A stretch of 64,000 bases of DNA from Promethearchaeota archaeon. Lineage in GTDB: Archaea; Asgardarchaeota; Lokiarchaeia; Sigyniarchaeales; SOKP01. Of this stretch, positions 10,454 to 21,298 are shown one piece after another. Where the stretch lies: positions 44,658 to 108,657 of the forward strand of contig JAEOTR010000035.1 in the NCBI GenBank assembly GCA_016839705.1, given 5' to 3'. Each line of letters starts with the position of its first letter. Position 1 is the first letter of the stretch. The notes below the pieces were generated by a model. It was not told the origin of the DNA. It ran no database searches and saw nothing but the letters and a program-made list of their open reading frames with translations. Position numbers and translations under genes: made by a program.

Positions 10454-10696
10454 GTGATAAATGTGGGAAGATCAAATGGGGTCATTTCTCTACTAACGGG
10501 AATAATAGCAATCGTATTGGCACTAATATTAAATTTTATGTTCTCCTTTATGTATGGAGATATTATCTTTTACGTACTTGTCGCCCTTGCGATACTTTTC
10601 GGCATACTTGGAATCGCATATGATGATTCAAAAAGCTATGGTTTGGGGGGTTTGATTCTGGGAATTGTTGCATTAGTTATATGGTTCGTGATATAA
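10454..10696 (+). CDS. Small three-TM membrane protein
   Basis: Hydrophobic 80-aa ORF preceded by an aggtga SD-like sequence. Confidence 0.65.
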   Translation: MINVGRSNGVISLLTGIIAIVLALILNFMFSFMYGDIIFYVLVALAILFGILGIAYDDSKSYGLGGLILGIVALVIWFVI

Positions 10697-10834
10697 TAAT
10701 CACAATATAAAAATTTAATTCATATTTTTTTATTATTTTTTTATTTTTGAACTACTGAGAATTAAAATTAAATATCACCTTATCTAAGAGACCTTGAGTA
10801 TCGTGGAGATTTTACTTAATGGGCTTAATTTTTT

Positions 10835-10963
10835 TATTATAGTACAATAATCATCGCAACAATAAATACAACAAGACAGCAAATAACCCAAGCATATCTC
10901 GTATTTGATGTTAACCTTATGCACATTTGGGACAAATTTTTTTGATGAATAAAGTTGAAAAAG
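10835..10963. repeat. Degenerate duplicate of 12079-12190 joined to 12555-12575
   Basis: About 109 bp nearly identical to 12079-12190, followed directly by tgatgaataaagttgaaaaag, which also occurs at 12555. Confidence 0.85.
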
Positions 10964-11138
10964 TTGAAAAAGTGTCACGGGAAAAAAAAAGGGTTGCTGA
11001 ATCCTTCGAACATAATTTCAAAATTTTTTAAGTTTTTTGCTTATTAAGATTACTATGAGAGATAATGAAAGATTTTAAGGGTTACTGAACTTCATTAAAA
11101 AAAAAAGATTTGGGGTAGATATAATATCTAAAAATAAT

Positions 11139-11483
11139 TTAAGTAGGGGGACTCATTCCTATTATAGGAAGCGCTTCCATAACTGAAAGGTAGGTTCGAA
11201 TCGTAAATGTTGATCCTTTTATGTTTTCTGATACCGCAAGATAAAGTTTAGTTACTTCTTGTGAAGCCTCAAGATAATCACCCGTAACCTTCCACACAGA
11301 AATAATTTCAAATCCCTCTTCGGCGCTGACTAAGCCAAGAACCTGCTTAGCTGGCTTCCCTTCTTGATATAAGTTGTCAAACTCTTTGCCAACTGCTGCG
11401 TCTGCTAAACTCGGGGGGTATTTCAATATTCCTGCTTCTGCTGAACTCGGGGGGTATTTCAATATTCCAATCATATAAACCAT
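11139..11483 (-). CDS. Small hypothetical protein with a 12-aa internal tandem duplication
   Basis: GILKYPPSSAEA-GILKYPPSLADA; 36-bp-period repeat at 11401-11468. Confidence 0.7.
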   Translation of the reverse strand: MVYMIGILKYPPSSAEAGILKYPPSLADAAVGKEFDNLYQEGKPAKQVLGLVSAEEGFEIISVWKVTGDYLEASQEVTKLYLAVSENIKGSTFTIRTYLSVMEALPIIGMSPPT

Positions 11484-11689
11484 ATGTTCTCACCTTATTC
11501 ATACTATATAAAATACACATTGAATTAATTCTAACAATGTGAAATAATTCTATACGAATTAATATTTAAGCTTTGACACTTGTGTAGAAAAGACTCATAG
11601 TTTTATTATTTTCTCTCATCAAATCTTAGATAGGCTTTTTAAAGTATTATTAAAAGTTCATTTTTATTTCGAATGCAAAAAATTATCAA

Positions 11690-12065
11690 AAAGCTTTAAT
11701 AAATTCTTTTTCAGTAGGCAATTAATTCAATCAAGGAAATGACTGCTTTTTTCTTTAAAAGAATTGAGCCATTCAACGAAATCAAGCTTACTCAATCTAT
11801 TAGAAATTCCTAAAAGATTTGAAGTGCCATCAGCGATGGAAGTCATTCTTTCGAGTTCGATTGTATATTGAGGATTGGTTTTATTATAAGTCTCTAAATG
11901 CTATGTTGCTTTTTCCTGATCGCCTGCTAGCTCGGAAATCTGCCCCAGAAACTCATGCATCTGTGCATCATCATTAAGATCCAAGAATTTTTCTAAGCAT
12001 TGAATCCCTTCTTTTAGTTCTCCAAGGATGATATGATATCCTCCTAGTCGTTCCCATGACTCAAA
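11690..12065 (-). pseudogene. Decayed TPR-repeat protein gene
   Basis: Reverse strand reads ESWERLGGYHIILGELKEGIQCLEKFLDLNDDAQMHEFLGQISELAGDQEK, then a frameshift and stops. Confidence 0.6.
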
Positions 12066-12080
12066 AATCTTAAATCGATA

Positions 12081-12293
12081 TTATAGTACAACAATCATCG
12101 CAACAATAAATACAACAAGACAGCAAATAACCCAAGCATATCTCGTATTTGATGTTAACCTTATACCACATTTGGGACAAAATTTTTTTTTAATACTAAA
12201 TCCACGCAACAGCCCCCATATATATTCCTTTCTGCTTTCTGGAATCACATCTTTCTTACAAGAAACACAGTATTTTGTTTTTTCTTCACTCAA
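12081..12293 (-). CDS. Small zinc-ribbon protein with C-terminal TM anchor
   Basis: YCVSC...FCPKCG plus hydrophobic tail. Confidence 0.65.
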   Translation of the reverse strand: MSEEKTKYCVSCKKDVIPESRKEYIWGLLRGFSIKKKFCPKCGIRLTSNTRYAWVICCLVVFIVAMIVVL

Positions 12294-12911
12294 TCTTACA
12301 TCACTAACGATATTTATGGATATATGTTCTCAAACCTTATTTCAGTTTAATATTAATTTAAAAGTTATCTCTTTCTCTATTCCATCCAGAAACCTTCTTC
12401 TCTTTTTTTGCTTTTTCTTAGGAATTCATTTTCACCATATAATTGAATTTCATCAATGCTAATAATAACCAAAAATCGTATAAAAATATATTAGTTCCTG
12501 AGCTCTCAAACACTCATCCATTTTATAAAGAGATTATCAGAATCTATATTGTTATGATGAATAAAGTTGAAAAAGCAAGAAAATCCCTTATTGAACATGC
12601 GTTAAATGAAATTCGCAACATCCCGAGTTATAGTAATTATTATATTCATATATATTCCGTCATCGTTAAATTGGGACTACAAAGGAAAACCTACATAACC
12701 AATAAATAACTAGATGTATTCATAGTATCAAACTGAAAATCCACCACCCACTCGCCTACCAGATTATGCCCCATTTCACCCCATTTTTTGCCTTTAATCC
12801 AAAATAAAAAGTACACTTTTCCTTACTCTACATAACACTCTCCCCCCCACCTCTTTATTTCCAAAAATCGTAATATTTAAATAGGCAAATTCATACTTGT
12901 ATATTAAAGTA

Positions 12912-12930
12912 TGTCAATTAATCATTGACA
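12912..12930. promoter_or_regulatory. Perfect inverted repeat TGTCAAT-N5-ATTGACA; candidate heat-shock operator of the grpE-dnaK operon
   Basis: Immediately downstream of a TATA-like tatattaa and ~45 bp before the likely grpE ATG. Confidence 0.55.
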
Positions 12931-12974
12931 ATAAAAACTTTTATGATACAAAACACACAAAAAAACCCAAAAAA

Positions 12975-13748
12975 ATGGTATTTATGCCAAGAAAAGAGAA
13001 AGGAGATATGAGATCTATGGTATTCGAGGATTTTTTTGACCAACTATCAGGCGAGCGCGGGTATAATAGAGGACGCCGGTCCCCTGAAGCTGTTACGATT
13101 TCGAAGAATGAATTTCAGACTCTGAAGGCAAAGGCAGAGCAGTATGAGGCCTTGGTTGAGGAGCATAAGCGGGTAAAAACGTGGAACGATCAATTATTAA
13201 AGGAGATGGATGATTTGAAAGAAGATGCCCGCGGTTTTAAGGAACTTCAAGAGGAGAAGGAGAAGTTCTTGCGACAATTATTACAAGTTCGAGCAGATTT
13301 CGAGAATCACAAGAAGCGAGAGGCTCGAGAAGGAGCGCGATATCGACAGTACGTTTTGGAAGGTTTGCTATTAAAGCTTCTTAATCATTACGATGATTTG
13401 GAGCGTGCGTTAAATTTGATGAAGATGCTTGAGGGGATGGAGGGTACATGGAAGGGATTCGAGATAATAGTGCGCAATTTTGAGAAGGTAATGGAAGCGG
13501 AGGGTATTAAGCCGATGGATTCAGAGGGCGAGAAATTCGATCCCTATAAGCACGAGGCGATGATGGTTGAAGAGGGTCGTGATGACATCCCTGAGAATAC
13601 CATTGTTGAGGTTTTAGATAAAGGTTATTATTTACGAGATAAGGTTTTACGACCAGCGAAGGTGAAGATTTCGAAGCCTTCCAGCAAGTCAAACCAATCA
13701 TCTCAATCAGGATTAAACAACTTTACAAAAAAAATAGAGGTTAATTAG
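12975..13748 (+). CDS. grpE: Nucleotide exchange factor GrpE (start likely 12975 or 12984, not 12897)
   Basis: RADFENHKKR, GEKFDPYKHEAM, KGYYLRDKVLRPAKVKI. Confidence 0.95.
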   Translation: MVFMPRKEKGDMRSMVFEDFFDQLSGERGYNRGRRSPEAVTISKNEFQTLKAKAEQYEALVEEHKRVKTWNDQLLKEMDDLKEDARGFKELQEEKEKFLRQLLQVRADFENHKKREAREGARYRQYVLEGLLLKLLNHYDDLERALNLMKMLEGMEGTWKGFEIIVRNFEKVMEAEGIKPMDSEGEKFDPYKHEAMMVEEGRDDIPENTIVEVLDKGYYLRDKVLRPAKVKISKPSSKSNQSSQSGLNNFTKKIEVN

Positions 13749-13775
13749 TAATAATTAAGATTAAACTCAAAATGA

Positions 13776-13872
13776 GCAATCAAAAAATAAAAATCAAAAT
13801 AAAAAATCAAAATAAAAATCAAAACAAAAAATCAAAAAAAACATAAAATTAATCAAAATTAAAAAAAAAAAG
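13776..13872 (+). repeat. A-rich low-complexity tandem repeats (aaaatcaaaa[t/c] units) between grpE and dnaK
   Basis: Several imperfect tandem copies are visible. Confidence 0.6.
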
Positions 13873-13883
13873 AGGGAAAAAAT

Positions 13884-15791
13884 ATGGCAAAAATTATAGG
13901 AATAGACTTAGGGACTTCAAATTCAGCGGCAGCGGTATTAGTTGGTGGTAAGCCGACGATAATTCCGAGTGCTGAGGGATTAACGTTAGGAGGCAAGGCA
14001 TTTCCATCGGTAGTGGCATTTACGAAGGATGGTCAGCGGTTAGTTGGCGAGCCAGCGCGAAGGCAGGCGATTTCAAATCCAGATCGAACGATCACAGCGA
14101 TTAAGCGTAAGATGGGGACGTCTTATAAGGTGACGATTGACGGGAAGGATTATTCACCGCAGGAGATTTCGGCTATGATTTTGAGGAAAATCAAGGAAGA
14201 CGCGAGTGCGTATTTAGGCGAAGAGGTTACAGATGTAATTATTACAGTTCCAGCATACTTTAATGATAATCAGAGGCAAGCTACTAAGGATGCGGGTAAG
14301 ATCGCGGGGTTAAATGTGAAGCGTTTAATTAACGAGCCGACGGCTGCAGCGGTGGCATATGGATTGGACAAGAAGAACGTAACTTTAAAAATTGCGGTGT
14401 TAGATCTTGGTGGTGGAACGTTCGACGTGACAATTATGGAACTTGATAATCAGGTATTTGAGGTAATCTCAACGGCGGGGGATACGCAATTAGGTGGTAC
14501 AGATATGGATAAGTTATTGGTGGATTATATAGTATCGGAGTTTCAGAAGGATCAGGGAGTAAATTTACGTGGTGATTCAATGGCATTAGAACGAGTACGA
14601 GAAGCTGCGGAGAAGGCAAAAATCGAGTTATCAACATCAGTTACGACAGATATTAACCTACCTTACGTAACAGCGACGAATGAAGGGCCAAAGCATCTTA
14701 ACATGACACTTACAAGGGCAAAGCTGGAGCAAATAATTGATCCGGTTACGAAAAAATTAGATACATCAATTCTAAAGGCCTTAAGAGACGCGGGTATTGC
14801 GAGAGGAGACGTTGACAAAATTATCTTAGTAGGTGGTCCGACGAGGATGCCAGTGATTCAGAAGAAATTCGAGGATCTTTTAGGTCAGACTCCAGAGCGT
14901 AGTATCGATCCGATGGAGTGTGTTGCGATGGGTGCTTCAATACAAGGAGGCGTGTTAACCGGCGAAGTTGAAGATTTACTATTACTTGATGTAACTCCAT
15001 TATCCTTAGGAGTTGAGACATTAGGCGGGGTTTTCACTAAGCTAATTGAAAGGAATACGACAATACCAACACATAAGACCCAGATTTTCTCGACAGCAGC
15101 TGATAATCAACCTGCAGTAGAGATTCATGTATTACAAGGAGAGCGACCAAGGTCGGCAGATAACATTACTTTAGGCAAGTTTCATTTAACTGGTATTCCA
15201 CCAGCGCCTAGAGGGGTACCACAGATAGAAGTGACATATGATATCGATCAAAATGGTATTTTAAATGTTTCAGCGAAGGACATGGGTACTGGTAAGAGTC
15301 AGTCAATAACAATTACGGCATCAACAAAGATGGATGACAATGAGATCGAGCAGAAGATTCGTGAAGCTGAGAGGAATGCTGAGGAAGATAAGAAATTCAA
15401 AGATCTTACTGAAGCAAAAAATCATGGTGAGTCATTAATCTATCAAACCGAGAAATTGTTAAATGAAAATGAAGCGGTAATTGGTGATTTAAAATCAAAT
15501 ATCCTTGATAAGATATCTGATTTGAGAAGCGCAATGGAATCTGATGACGTACCAAGAATCAAGAGTGCGATGGAGACATTACAGAAATCTTTACATGAAG
15601 TTTCATCTCGAATGTATGGGCAGCAACAAGGGGCACAGCAAGGATATCAAGGAGCTCCACCAGGAGGTATGGGAGATATGCCACCGGGTGGTAATTATGG
15701 ACACGACGGCAGAACCAAAGATGAAGTTGAGCAAGATCAGTTCCGAAAGGCAACAGGCCAAGATGATGTAGTAGATGCTGAGTATGAGTAA
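13884..15791 (+). CDS. dnaK: Chaperone DnaK (Hsp70)
   Basis: [40 protein letters not shown]; lacks the ~23-aa diderm insert. Confidence 0.98.
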   Translation: MAKIIGIDLGTSNSAAAVLVGGKPTIIPSAEGLTLGGKAFPSVVAFTKDGQRLVGEPARRQAISNPDRTITAIKRKMGTSYKVTIDGKDYSPQEISAMILRKIKEDASAYLGEEVTDVIITVPAYFNDNQRQATKDAGKIAGLNVKRLINEPTAAAVAYGLDKKNVTLKIAVLDLGGGTFDVTIMELDNQVFEVISTAGDTQLGGTDMDKLLVDYIVSEFQKDQGVNLRGDSMALERVREAAEKAKIELSTSVTTDINLPYVTATNEGPKHLNMTLTRAKLEQIIDPVTKKLDTSILKALRDAGIARGDVDKIILVGGPTRMPVIQKKFEDLLGQTPERSIDPMECVAMGASIQGGVLTGEVEDLLLLDVTPLSLGVETLGGVFTKLIERNTTIPTHKTQIFSTAADNQPAVEIHVLQGERPRSADNITLGKFHLTGIPPAPRGVPQIEVTYDIDQNGILNVSAKDMGTGKSQSITITASTKMDDNEIEQKIREAERNAEEDKKFKDLTEAKNHGESLIYQTEKLLNENEAVIGDLKSNILDKISDLRSAMESDDVPRIKSAMETLQKSLHEVSSRMYGQQQGAQQGYQGAPPGGMGDMPPGGNYGHDGRTKDEVEQDQFRKATGQDDVVDAEYE

Positions 15792-15860
15792 TTCAGTTTT
15801 TTTTATTTTTTTTTATAATATTTTTTTTAAAAATTACGATAATAGTGTTAAGTAAGGGGT

Positions 15861-16895
15861 ATGATCATGGCAAAGGATTATTATAAATTATTAGGAATCT
15901 CAAAGGGTGCATCAAAGGAAGAAATTAAACGAGCCTTCCGTAAGATGGCGCGAAAATATCATCCAGATGTCAATCCAGACGAGCCTAAATCGGGGGAAAA
16001 GTTTAAAGAAATTAATGAAGCGTATAGTATTTTAAATGATGATAAAAAAAGGGAGATGTATGATAAGTTTGGAGTTGTAGAAGGAGATCCATCAACCTAT
16101 CAACGGCATGGTGGTTCACCTGGAGATTTTGGACGTTCTAGAGGAGGAAGAGGTTACACAAGTCCGGATGGTACAACGTATTATTATTCTACATCTGGTT
16201 CACCGGGTGGATTTGACTTTAATGAGATATTTGGTAATAACAGAAGTTCAAGATCTAATTCTGGGGGATCTGACTTTTTTAATGATTTAGGAGACATATT
16301 TGATGTATTCAATAGGAGAGGAGGAGGCAGTTCAAGGGCTAGATCACCCTATTCTCAAGATTTTCCAAGAGAGGGAGAAGATTTACGTTATGATATGGAA
16401 ATTGATTTTATGGATGCCTTTATGGGAGGAAAGAAAAAAGTTCAGTATAAAGATCCCGCGACGGGACAAGTAAATAATATTAGTGTAAATATTCCAAGAG
16501 GAATAAAAGAAGACCAGAAATTGCGTTTGAAAGGGAAAGGGATGCCCGGAGAGAATGGAGGGGGCCCTGGTGATTTATATATCGCAATCCATATTAAAAG
16601 ACATCCAAAATTTGAAAGAAGGGATGATGATATTTACATTGAATTAGACGTTCCCTTTACAACAGCAGCACTTGGCGGAAAAGTTCAAGTAGAAGGAATT
16701 GAAAAAACTTTAAATGTATCAATTCCGGCAGGAACAAATGATTCATCTCTATTAAGGTTAAAAAATCAAGGATTTTATAAGATTAATTCAGAACAGAGAG
16801 GTAATCTGTTAGTTAAAATAAAAATTAGTGTTCCTAAAAAATTGAATAAGGACCAAAAAGTATTGTTAGAAAAATTAAAAGCAGTAGGTGTGTAA
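15861..16895 (+). CDS. dnaJ: DnaJ-family co-chaperone, class II (no CxxCxGxG zinc finger)
   Basis: J-domain with HPD, G/F-rich linker, C-terminal DnaJ_C domain. Confidence 0.92.
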   Translation: MIMAKDYYKLLGISKGASKEEIKRAFRKMARKYHPDVNPDEPKSGEKFKEINEAYSILNDDKKREMYDKFGVVEGDPSTYQRHGGSPGDFGRSRGGRGYTSPDGTTYYYSTSGSPGGFDFNEIFGNNRSSRSNSGGSDFFNDLGDIFDVFNRRGGGSSRARSPYSQDFPREGEDLRYDMEIDFMDAFMGGKKKVQYKDPATGQVNNISVNIPRGIKEDQKLRLKGKGMPGENGGGPGDLYIAIHIKRHPKFERRDDDIYIELDVPFTTAALGGKVQVEGIEKTLNVSIPAGTNDSSLLRLKNQGFYKINSEQRGNLLVKIKISVPKKLNKDQKVLLEKLKAVGV

Positions 16896-16928
16896 AAAGG
16901 ATGATAATTAAGGAGGTAAGAATATAGA

Positions 16929-17810
16929 ATGATGAAATCAAAAGGTAAAATATCAAATCTATGCCCCGAATGTGGGGGTTCAATTATGTTACTAGCAGAA
17001 AAAGGGGAGGACGTCTGCAGTCAATGTGGATTAATTATAAATGAACGACAAGTAGATTATTCACATAGTGGGAAAAGAGCTTATACTAACCAAGAACGGA
17101 ATAATCGTGAGCAAACAGGTGCTCCAATTTCAATTTTACTACCCGATATGGGTTTAAGTACGGTAATTGATAAACAAAAAATAAATAATCCCGATTTAAA
17201 AAGAGCAGCAAAGTGGAATACTCGAATTACATGGCAAAAGCGAAACCTATTAATTGCTACTACGGAACTAAAAAGGATAGGAAGTAATTTAAACTTACCA
17301 AATCATGTTAAGGAAGAAGCTATGCGTCTTTATAAAGAGGCATTTAAGAGAAAATTACTTCGAGGTAGATCTATTAATGCCATGGTGACAGCCAGTTTAT
17401 ACTTAGCCTGTAGAAAAAAGGGTATACCTAGAACACTTCAAGAGATTTTAGAAGAAGCATCAGTTTCACCAAAAGACGTAAGAAGAAGTGTAAGTATTTT
17501 AATGAAAGAATTTCAAATTAAAACTCAAACTACCGATCCTGTGGCACTTGTTCCAAGATACGTTACTGATTTGGGATTAGATTCAGAAATAATAACACTA
17601 ACTAGCAAAATTTTATCAACTTATGTTTCTAATTTTCCTGTTAGCGGAATAGACCCAAAGGGATTATGTGCTGGGGCAATTTATATAGCCTGTAAACTTA
17701 GAAATATAGAGCTTACTCAATTACAAATTGCGAATTCAGTTGGAATTACTGAGGTTACACTTCGCTCGAGGTATAAAGAACTAAAGAAGAAACTAAAAAT
17801 ATCAATATAA
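16929..17810 (+). CDS. tfb: Transcription initiation factor IIB
   Basis: CPECG...CSQCG zinc ribbon; LLRGRSI, GIPRTLQEI, GITEVTLRSRYKEL cyclin repeats. Confidence 0.95.
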   Translation: MMKSKGKISNLCPECGGSIMLLAEKGEDVCSQCGLIINERQVDYSHSGKRAYTNQERNNREQTGAPISILLPDMGLSTVIDKQKINNPDLKRAAKWNTRITWQKRNLLIATTELKRIGSNLNLPNHVKEEAMRLYKEAFKRKLLRGRSINAMVTASLYLACRKKGIPRTLQEILEEASVSPKDVRRSVSILMKEFQIKTQTTDPVALVPRYVTDLGLDSEIITLTSKILSTYVSNFPVSGIDPKGLCAGAIYIACKLRNIELTQLQIANSVGITEVTLRSRYKELKKKLKISI

Positions 17811-17868
17811 TTTTTTTTTTGATCTTATCTTAAAAAATACAGAAATAAAAGAAAACAGAGGTAATTGA

Positions 17869-18621
17869 TTATCTATTACCGTATTTTTTATAGAGGAAAA
17901 TACCGACAGCCACAATTACTATACTTATTATTATAATTAACAATAAATCTAATAAAATATTAGAGCTCAAAATGGATGCGCCATTGAAAATTGATGTTAA
18001 TGCATCTGTGACATAATAACTGGGTAAAAAGTAGGCAATCACTCGGGTAGTTGGAGTAATTGGAACAAAAGTTCCAAAGAACATTTGCGGTAGAATGAAG
18101 ATAAATGATATCCCCGTTGCTGCTCCTGAGCTTTTAGCTATTGTGGCGGTAATTAATCCAAGTCCTACTGAACATATCGAGAGGAAGATGATGAAAACAA
18201 AAGCAAATATGAGCCCAAGAACAGTACCTTCTGGTGTGAAACCTAATAATACCGAACATATTACTACGATTATTACTTGGATGAGACCGATAATCGTGTT
18301 TGATATAAGATGGCTTCCTATAAATTCACTTGAGGATGTCGGGGTTGTATTTATTCTCTCTAGTAGTCCTTGTTCCCTGTCATCACTGAAAGATTGGGCT
18401 ACAACCATGATAATGAATATACAAGCGTAAGCATATAAGCCAGGTGCCATGACTTCAAATTGACTCACTCCAGGTATACCACTTTCTATCTCTGCAAAAG
18501 CTAGTCCGAATACTAGTGTAAGTACAGCGGGGAATAATAACATCAGAAATAGATAAGCAGGTTCCCGAATCACCTTTTTTAAATTAGTTTTAACTAACGC
18601 AAGAATCCTTTGTAAATTCAT
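17869..18621 (-). CDS. ABC-2 type exporter permease
   Basis: Six TM helices; DREQGLLERINTTP. Confidence 0.9.
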   Translation of the reverse strand: MNLQRILALVKTNLKKVIREPAYLFLMLLFPAVLTLVFGLAFAEIESGIPGVSQFEVMAPGLYAYACIFIIMVVAQSFSDDREQGLLERINTTPTSSSEFIGSHLISNTIIGLIQVIIVVICSVLLGFTPEGTVLGLIFAFVFIIFLSICSVGLGLITATIAKSSGAATGISFIFILPQMFFGTFVPITPTTRVIAYFLPSYYVTDALTSIFNGASILSSNILLDLLLIIIISIVIVAVGIFLYKKYGNR

Positions 18622-19410
18622 TTATATCCCCTCCAAAATTCTTCTACCAGTAATTTTCATAAACACTTCCTCCAAATTTTTGGAATCATGCTTTTCCATC
18701 AACTCTTGAGGAGATCCTAAAGCTATTAACTCTCCATAATCAATGATTGCGACGTTATCACTGAGGGCTTCTGCTTCCTCGATGTAATGGGTGGTGAGAA
18801 TAACAGTCTTACCTTCTTCTTTCAGGGAACCGATGAAACTCCAGGTTGCTCTGCGTGCTCGAGGATCCATGCCCACGGTAGGTTCATCTAAGAATGCTAT
18901 TTTTGGATTATTGATTATTGCGATTAACAGATTAATTTGACGAAGCATGCCACCACTATATCCTTTTGCCTTTCTTTTACTGGCTTCTGTAAAATTTACA
19001 GCTTCTAAAAGACTTTCAGTACGCTCTTTTAATTCCTTTTTATTCATAGTATGAAGATTTCCGAATAATTCTATATTCTCTCGACCAGTAAGAAACTTAA
19101 ATATCGCAGCTTGTTGAGGACACACACCGATTAGTTCTTTTATTTTTCTAAGATTCTTTTTTACATCATAACCTCCAACAGTAGCAGTTCCACTAGTTGG
19201 ATTTAATAATCCACTTAAGATTTTTATAGTCGTTGTTTTTCCTGCTCCATTTGGTCCCAAAAGACCAAAAATCTCTCCCTTCTTTACTTCAAAACTTAGG
19301 TCGTTAACAGCGGTAATATCATCAAACTTTTTTACGAGATTTTTAACGATAATAGCATTTCCATCATCTGGATCCAAAATATCTTCTGAATTTCTTACAT
19401 TTGTTACCAT
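18622..19410 (-). CDS. ABC transporter ATP-binding protein (DrrA-like)
   Basis: GPNGAGKTT, YSGGM, FLDEPT, TTH. Confidence 0.95.
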   Translation of the reverse strand: MVTNVRNSEDILDPDDGNAIIVKNLVKKFDDITAVNDLSFEVKKGEIFGLLGPNGAGKTTTIKILSGLLNPTSGTATVGGYDVKKNLRKIKELIGVCPQQAAIFKFLTGRENIELFGNLHTMNKKELKERTESLLEAVNFTEASKRKAKGYSGGMLRQINLLIAIINNPKIAFLDEPTVGMDPRARRATWSFIGSLKEEGKTVILTTHYIEEAEALSDNVAIIDYGELIALGSPQELMEKHDSKNLEEVFMKITGRRILEGI

Positions 19411-19515
19411 TTCTTTATCAATGTTTTTATTTTTTTAATTATTGAGAATTATCTCAGTATAAATTGGGTAAATTTTTTAACATCATTAAATTTTTCCAGT
19501 AAAATAGATCAATAA

Positions 19516-20313
19516 CTAAGTTTCGATTATAGCTACCGGTCTTACCCAAGCTGCGCTGGCTTTTAAGATTTTAATAGGAAAGCAACTCACCTTAAATCCA
19601 TGAGAGGGAAGTTTATCTAAGTTTGTTAATTTTTCCATCTGATAATATTCTCTTTCAATCCCGGCATAATGTCCTTCCCAGATCAAATTTCTATTTCCCG
19701 TTTCGCGAAATTCTTTAGCTTGAAAGTGAAACGGTCGATCCCAGCCCGCCGCATCCGTTCCTACAACTTTTATGGCTTGATCCACCAACCAAATCGTTCC
19801 TTCTCTTCCGACACCGGTATAGTCTGTCCAGTATTTCATTGTATCCCAAAATTTATCCGCATCTGTCCTGATCAAGACTATATCTAAGGGTTTTAGCGTA
19901 TAATTGATTTTTTGAAGAGCATTTTGAATATCTTCTACACTGATTAAATCTCCCACTTCCTTGTGAGTCATATCCAAAACAACTCCATCACTAAAACAAT
20001 ATTCGATAGGGATTTCATCAATTGTTTTTGATTTTTTTCCTTCACTGGTTGGATGATAGTGCCATGGAGCATCCATATGGGTACCCATATGCACACCTAA
20101 TGATAAAAAATCATCAGCCCATGCTAGACCCTCTGGAAGATCTTCAGCTGTAATACCTGGAAATGAACTAAGCATTACGGGTATACTCTCTTTATGATCT
20201 GCATGTTTAACTTTAGCAGATAAGCCTTTTTCAAGATATTTAAATTCTGAGGGTATATTTCCCAAACCTTCCTTTATTTCCAAACTCAAATCGATAAATT
20301 TAGTAGTTTTCAT
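19516..20313 (-). CDS. Cyclase family metal-dependent hydrolase (kynurenine formamidase-like)
   Basis: HMGTHMDAPWH motif. Confidence 0.9.
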   Translation of the reverse strand: MKTTKFIDLSLEIKEGLGNIPSEFKYLEKGLSAKVKHADHKESIPVMLSSFPGITAEDLPEGLAWADDFLSLGVHMGTHMDAPWHYHPTSEGKKSKTIDEIPIEYCFSDGVVLDMTHKEVGDLISVEDIQNALQKINYTLKPLDIVLIRTDADKFWDTMKYWTDYTGVGREGTIWLVDQAIKVVGTDAAGWDRPFHFQAKEFRETGNRNLIWEGHYAGIEREYYQMEKLTNLDKLPSHGFKVSCFPIKILKASAAWVRPVAIIET

Positions 20314-20401
20314 AATTTCTTTTTCTCTAATTAAATAAAACAGATACTTTCAAACTAATTATGATAAAGTCAAAAAATCATAAATATCTTGTTTTTATAC
20401 T

Positions 20402-20860
20402 TTATTTAACTATTAAAACATCACAAGGGGCATTTTTCGAAACTTTAGAAGAAACTGTTCCTAATAGGACATTTTTTACCTTAGAGTGTTGTCCTCTACT
20501 TCCTAAAATGACAAGATCGAAATTTTCCCTTTCCACCACTCGTCTAATATAATCTCCAGGTGGTTCATTTTCAATTAAGCGAGTCTCAACTGAGGATTTA
20601 TTTTCCCCAAACATTTTTTTTGTTTTATTCAGTAATCTTTCTCCCGCTTCTCGATATACTTCTTCAATGCTGCTATATTTTGAATAAAGGGTTTCTATAT
20701 TAGGATAAAGTTCTGAGGGAACCCTATTATCTTTAATTGAGTGAATTATCACAACTTCACTATCCCATATTTTTTGAAATTCTACGGCTTTTTCAGCAGC
20801 ATTATGTGCATGATCAGAGCCATCTGTTGCGAGCAAAATTTTTTTATACAATTTTATCAC
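20402..20860 (-). CDS. Universal stress protein
   Basis: KILLATDGS; DLVILGSRG...LLGTVS...APCDVLIV. Confidence 0.92.
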   Translation of the reverse strand: MIKLYKKILLATDGSDHAHNAAEKAVEFQKIWDSEVVIIHSIKDNRVPSELYPNIETLYSKYSSIEEVYREAGERLLNKTKKMFGENKSSVETRLIENEPPGDYIRRVVERENFDLVILGSRGQHSKVKNVLLGTVSSKVSKNAPCDVLIVK

Positions 20861-21298
20861 CTTAATTATTTTAAGATAACCTTGATTTTTATTTTTAATT
20901 TTCCTAGTGAAAATATCTTATTTAATGGAAAAACCCATATAATTAACACTAGTTTTCACGTATTTTCATTTTCATAAATGTTAAATATTGATTCTTTTAT
21001 TATACAAGAGTCTTAAGATTATAATATTAATCAAAAAAGTTGTGTAAATATGGAACGTATTGTTTTTCTCATTACTTGCAATCAAAAGCAATAAAGGATG
21101 TGCTTGGTAAAATCGCAGTTACAATAAAAGGAAACAAAGAGTTGAATATAAAAGAATTTTGGGAACAACTTTTAGAAATTGAATAAATTTTTTATACAGA
21201 TTAAATAAACTTTTTCTAAGCCAAGTTATTTTTATAGTTGAAATAGTAGATTAATAAAATTTTATGAAAACAATATTTATTATATTTCATTTAAAGAT

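Noticed and set aside
10835-12190. Repeat pair considered as DGR or att sites
   Set aside because: Few mismatches, includes an indel, and no RT, integrase or tRNA is nearby
12443-12709. 88-aa ORF
   Set aside because: No recognisable motif, and it lies in a decayed/duplicated region; at best a remnant
13776-13872. Tandem A-rich repeats considered as a CRISPR array or iterons
   Set aside because: Low-complexity imperfect units with no unique spacers and no cas genes
21030-21187. Possible short gene remnant (...KELNIKEFWEQLLEIE*)
   Set aside because: Too short and interrupted to assign
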